A stretch of 64,000 nt of DNA from Octopus sinensis (taxonomy: Eukaryota), in assembly GCF_006345805.1 (NCBI RefSeq), contig NC_043002.1:65906001-65970000 (forward strand), read 5' to 3'. Position 1 is the first letter of the stretch. The number at the start of each line of letters is the position of its first letter. This document shows positions 63,556 to 64,000 of the stretch, one piece after another. The notes beneath the pieces are model-generated. The model had not been told where the DNA came from and did no database searches. It saw only the letters and a list, made by a program, of their open reading frames with translations. The position numbers and the translations under genes are program-made.

Positions 63556-63584
63556 TCATCATCATCATCATCATCATTATAATT

Positions 63585-63647
<63 letters not shown>

Positions 63648-63671
63648 GTTATTATTATTATTATTATCATT

Positions 63672-64000
63672 GCCTTAGCACAGCTTCTAAAGCTGGAGAT
63701 GTACTACAGAGTCAGCTGTTCACTACCAGCGAACTAAGGTAACACCTCATATTTTTCGGGCATCTTCCGGAGTATTGGACCGGTTCCAAGCAGTACTGTT
63801 TTCTGCAAGTGCTCCACTCTTATTGAAGCCCCTATTTGTTTCACGTACTTCTCGAAATTTTTGCTCACTGTTCCCAGGGCTCCGACAATTATTGGTACTA
63901 CTGCTATCTTTTTCCTCGACCACAACTGCTTAACTTCCCAAGCTAAATTGTCATACATATCGACTTTTCTTTCTTCCTTATTGCATACCTTGTTGTCAGC
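63672..64000 (-). mobile_element. R4/Dong-type LINE 3' end with (TAA)n downstream
   Basis: KEEKSI.YDNLAWEVKQLW...VVPIIVGALGTVSKNFEKYVKQIG...LQKTVLLGTGPILRK; the 3' end runs into TAA/TGA repeats. Confidence 0.88.

Overview
Eukaryotic, AT-rich, repeat-dominated DNA with no host protein-coding exon, rRNA, genuine tRNA gene or CRISPR array that I can support. Almost all long ORFs in the track are translations of microsatellites ((TA)n, (CA)n, (CATA)n, (GATA)n, (ATT)n, (GAT)n). The SINE families and microsatellite density look like Octopus (coleoid cephalopod); this is recognition from memory, not a database result. Mobile-element content: at least four tRNA-derived SINE families; decayed LINEs of the Tx1/L1, CR1 and R4/Dong groups; a 3.3-kb Penelope-like element (RT + GIY-YIG) with an inverted 3' copy; pogo/Tigger and mariner remnants and MITEs; a 500-bp non-autonomous Helitron; two long foldback elements; a ~770-bp tandem array; and a 100-N gap. 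The main hidden signal is about a dozen hammerhead-ribozyme (HHR) motifs, intact or decayed, of the Penelope type: CUGANGA core, stem II, GAAA, and a short palindromic stem III. They belong to several unrelated sequence families, and several sit in short 'full arm + truncated inverted arm' elements. One element (51723-52133) joins a tRNA-derived Pol III head to a hammerhead and is bounded by a 12-bp target-site duplication. It is a candidate Penelope-mobilised, ribozyme-bearing SINE. All coordinates were read by eye and are approximate to a few bases for element ends. Ribozyme activity is inferred from secondary structure only.
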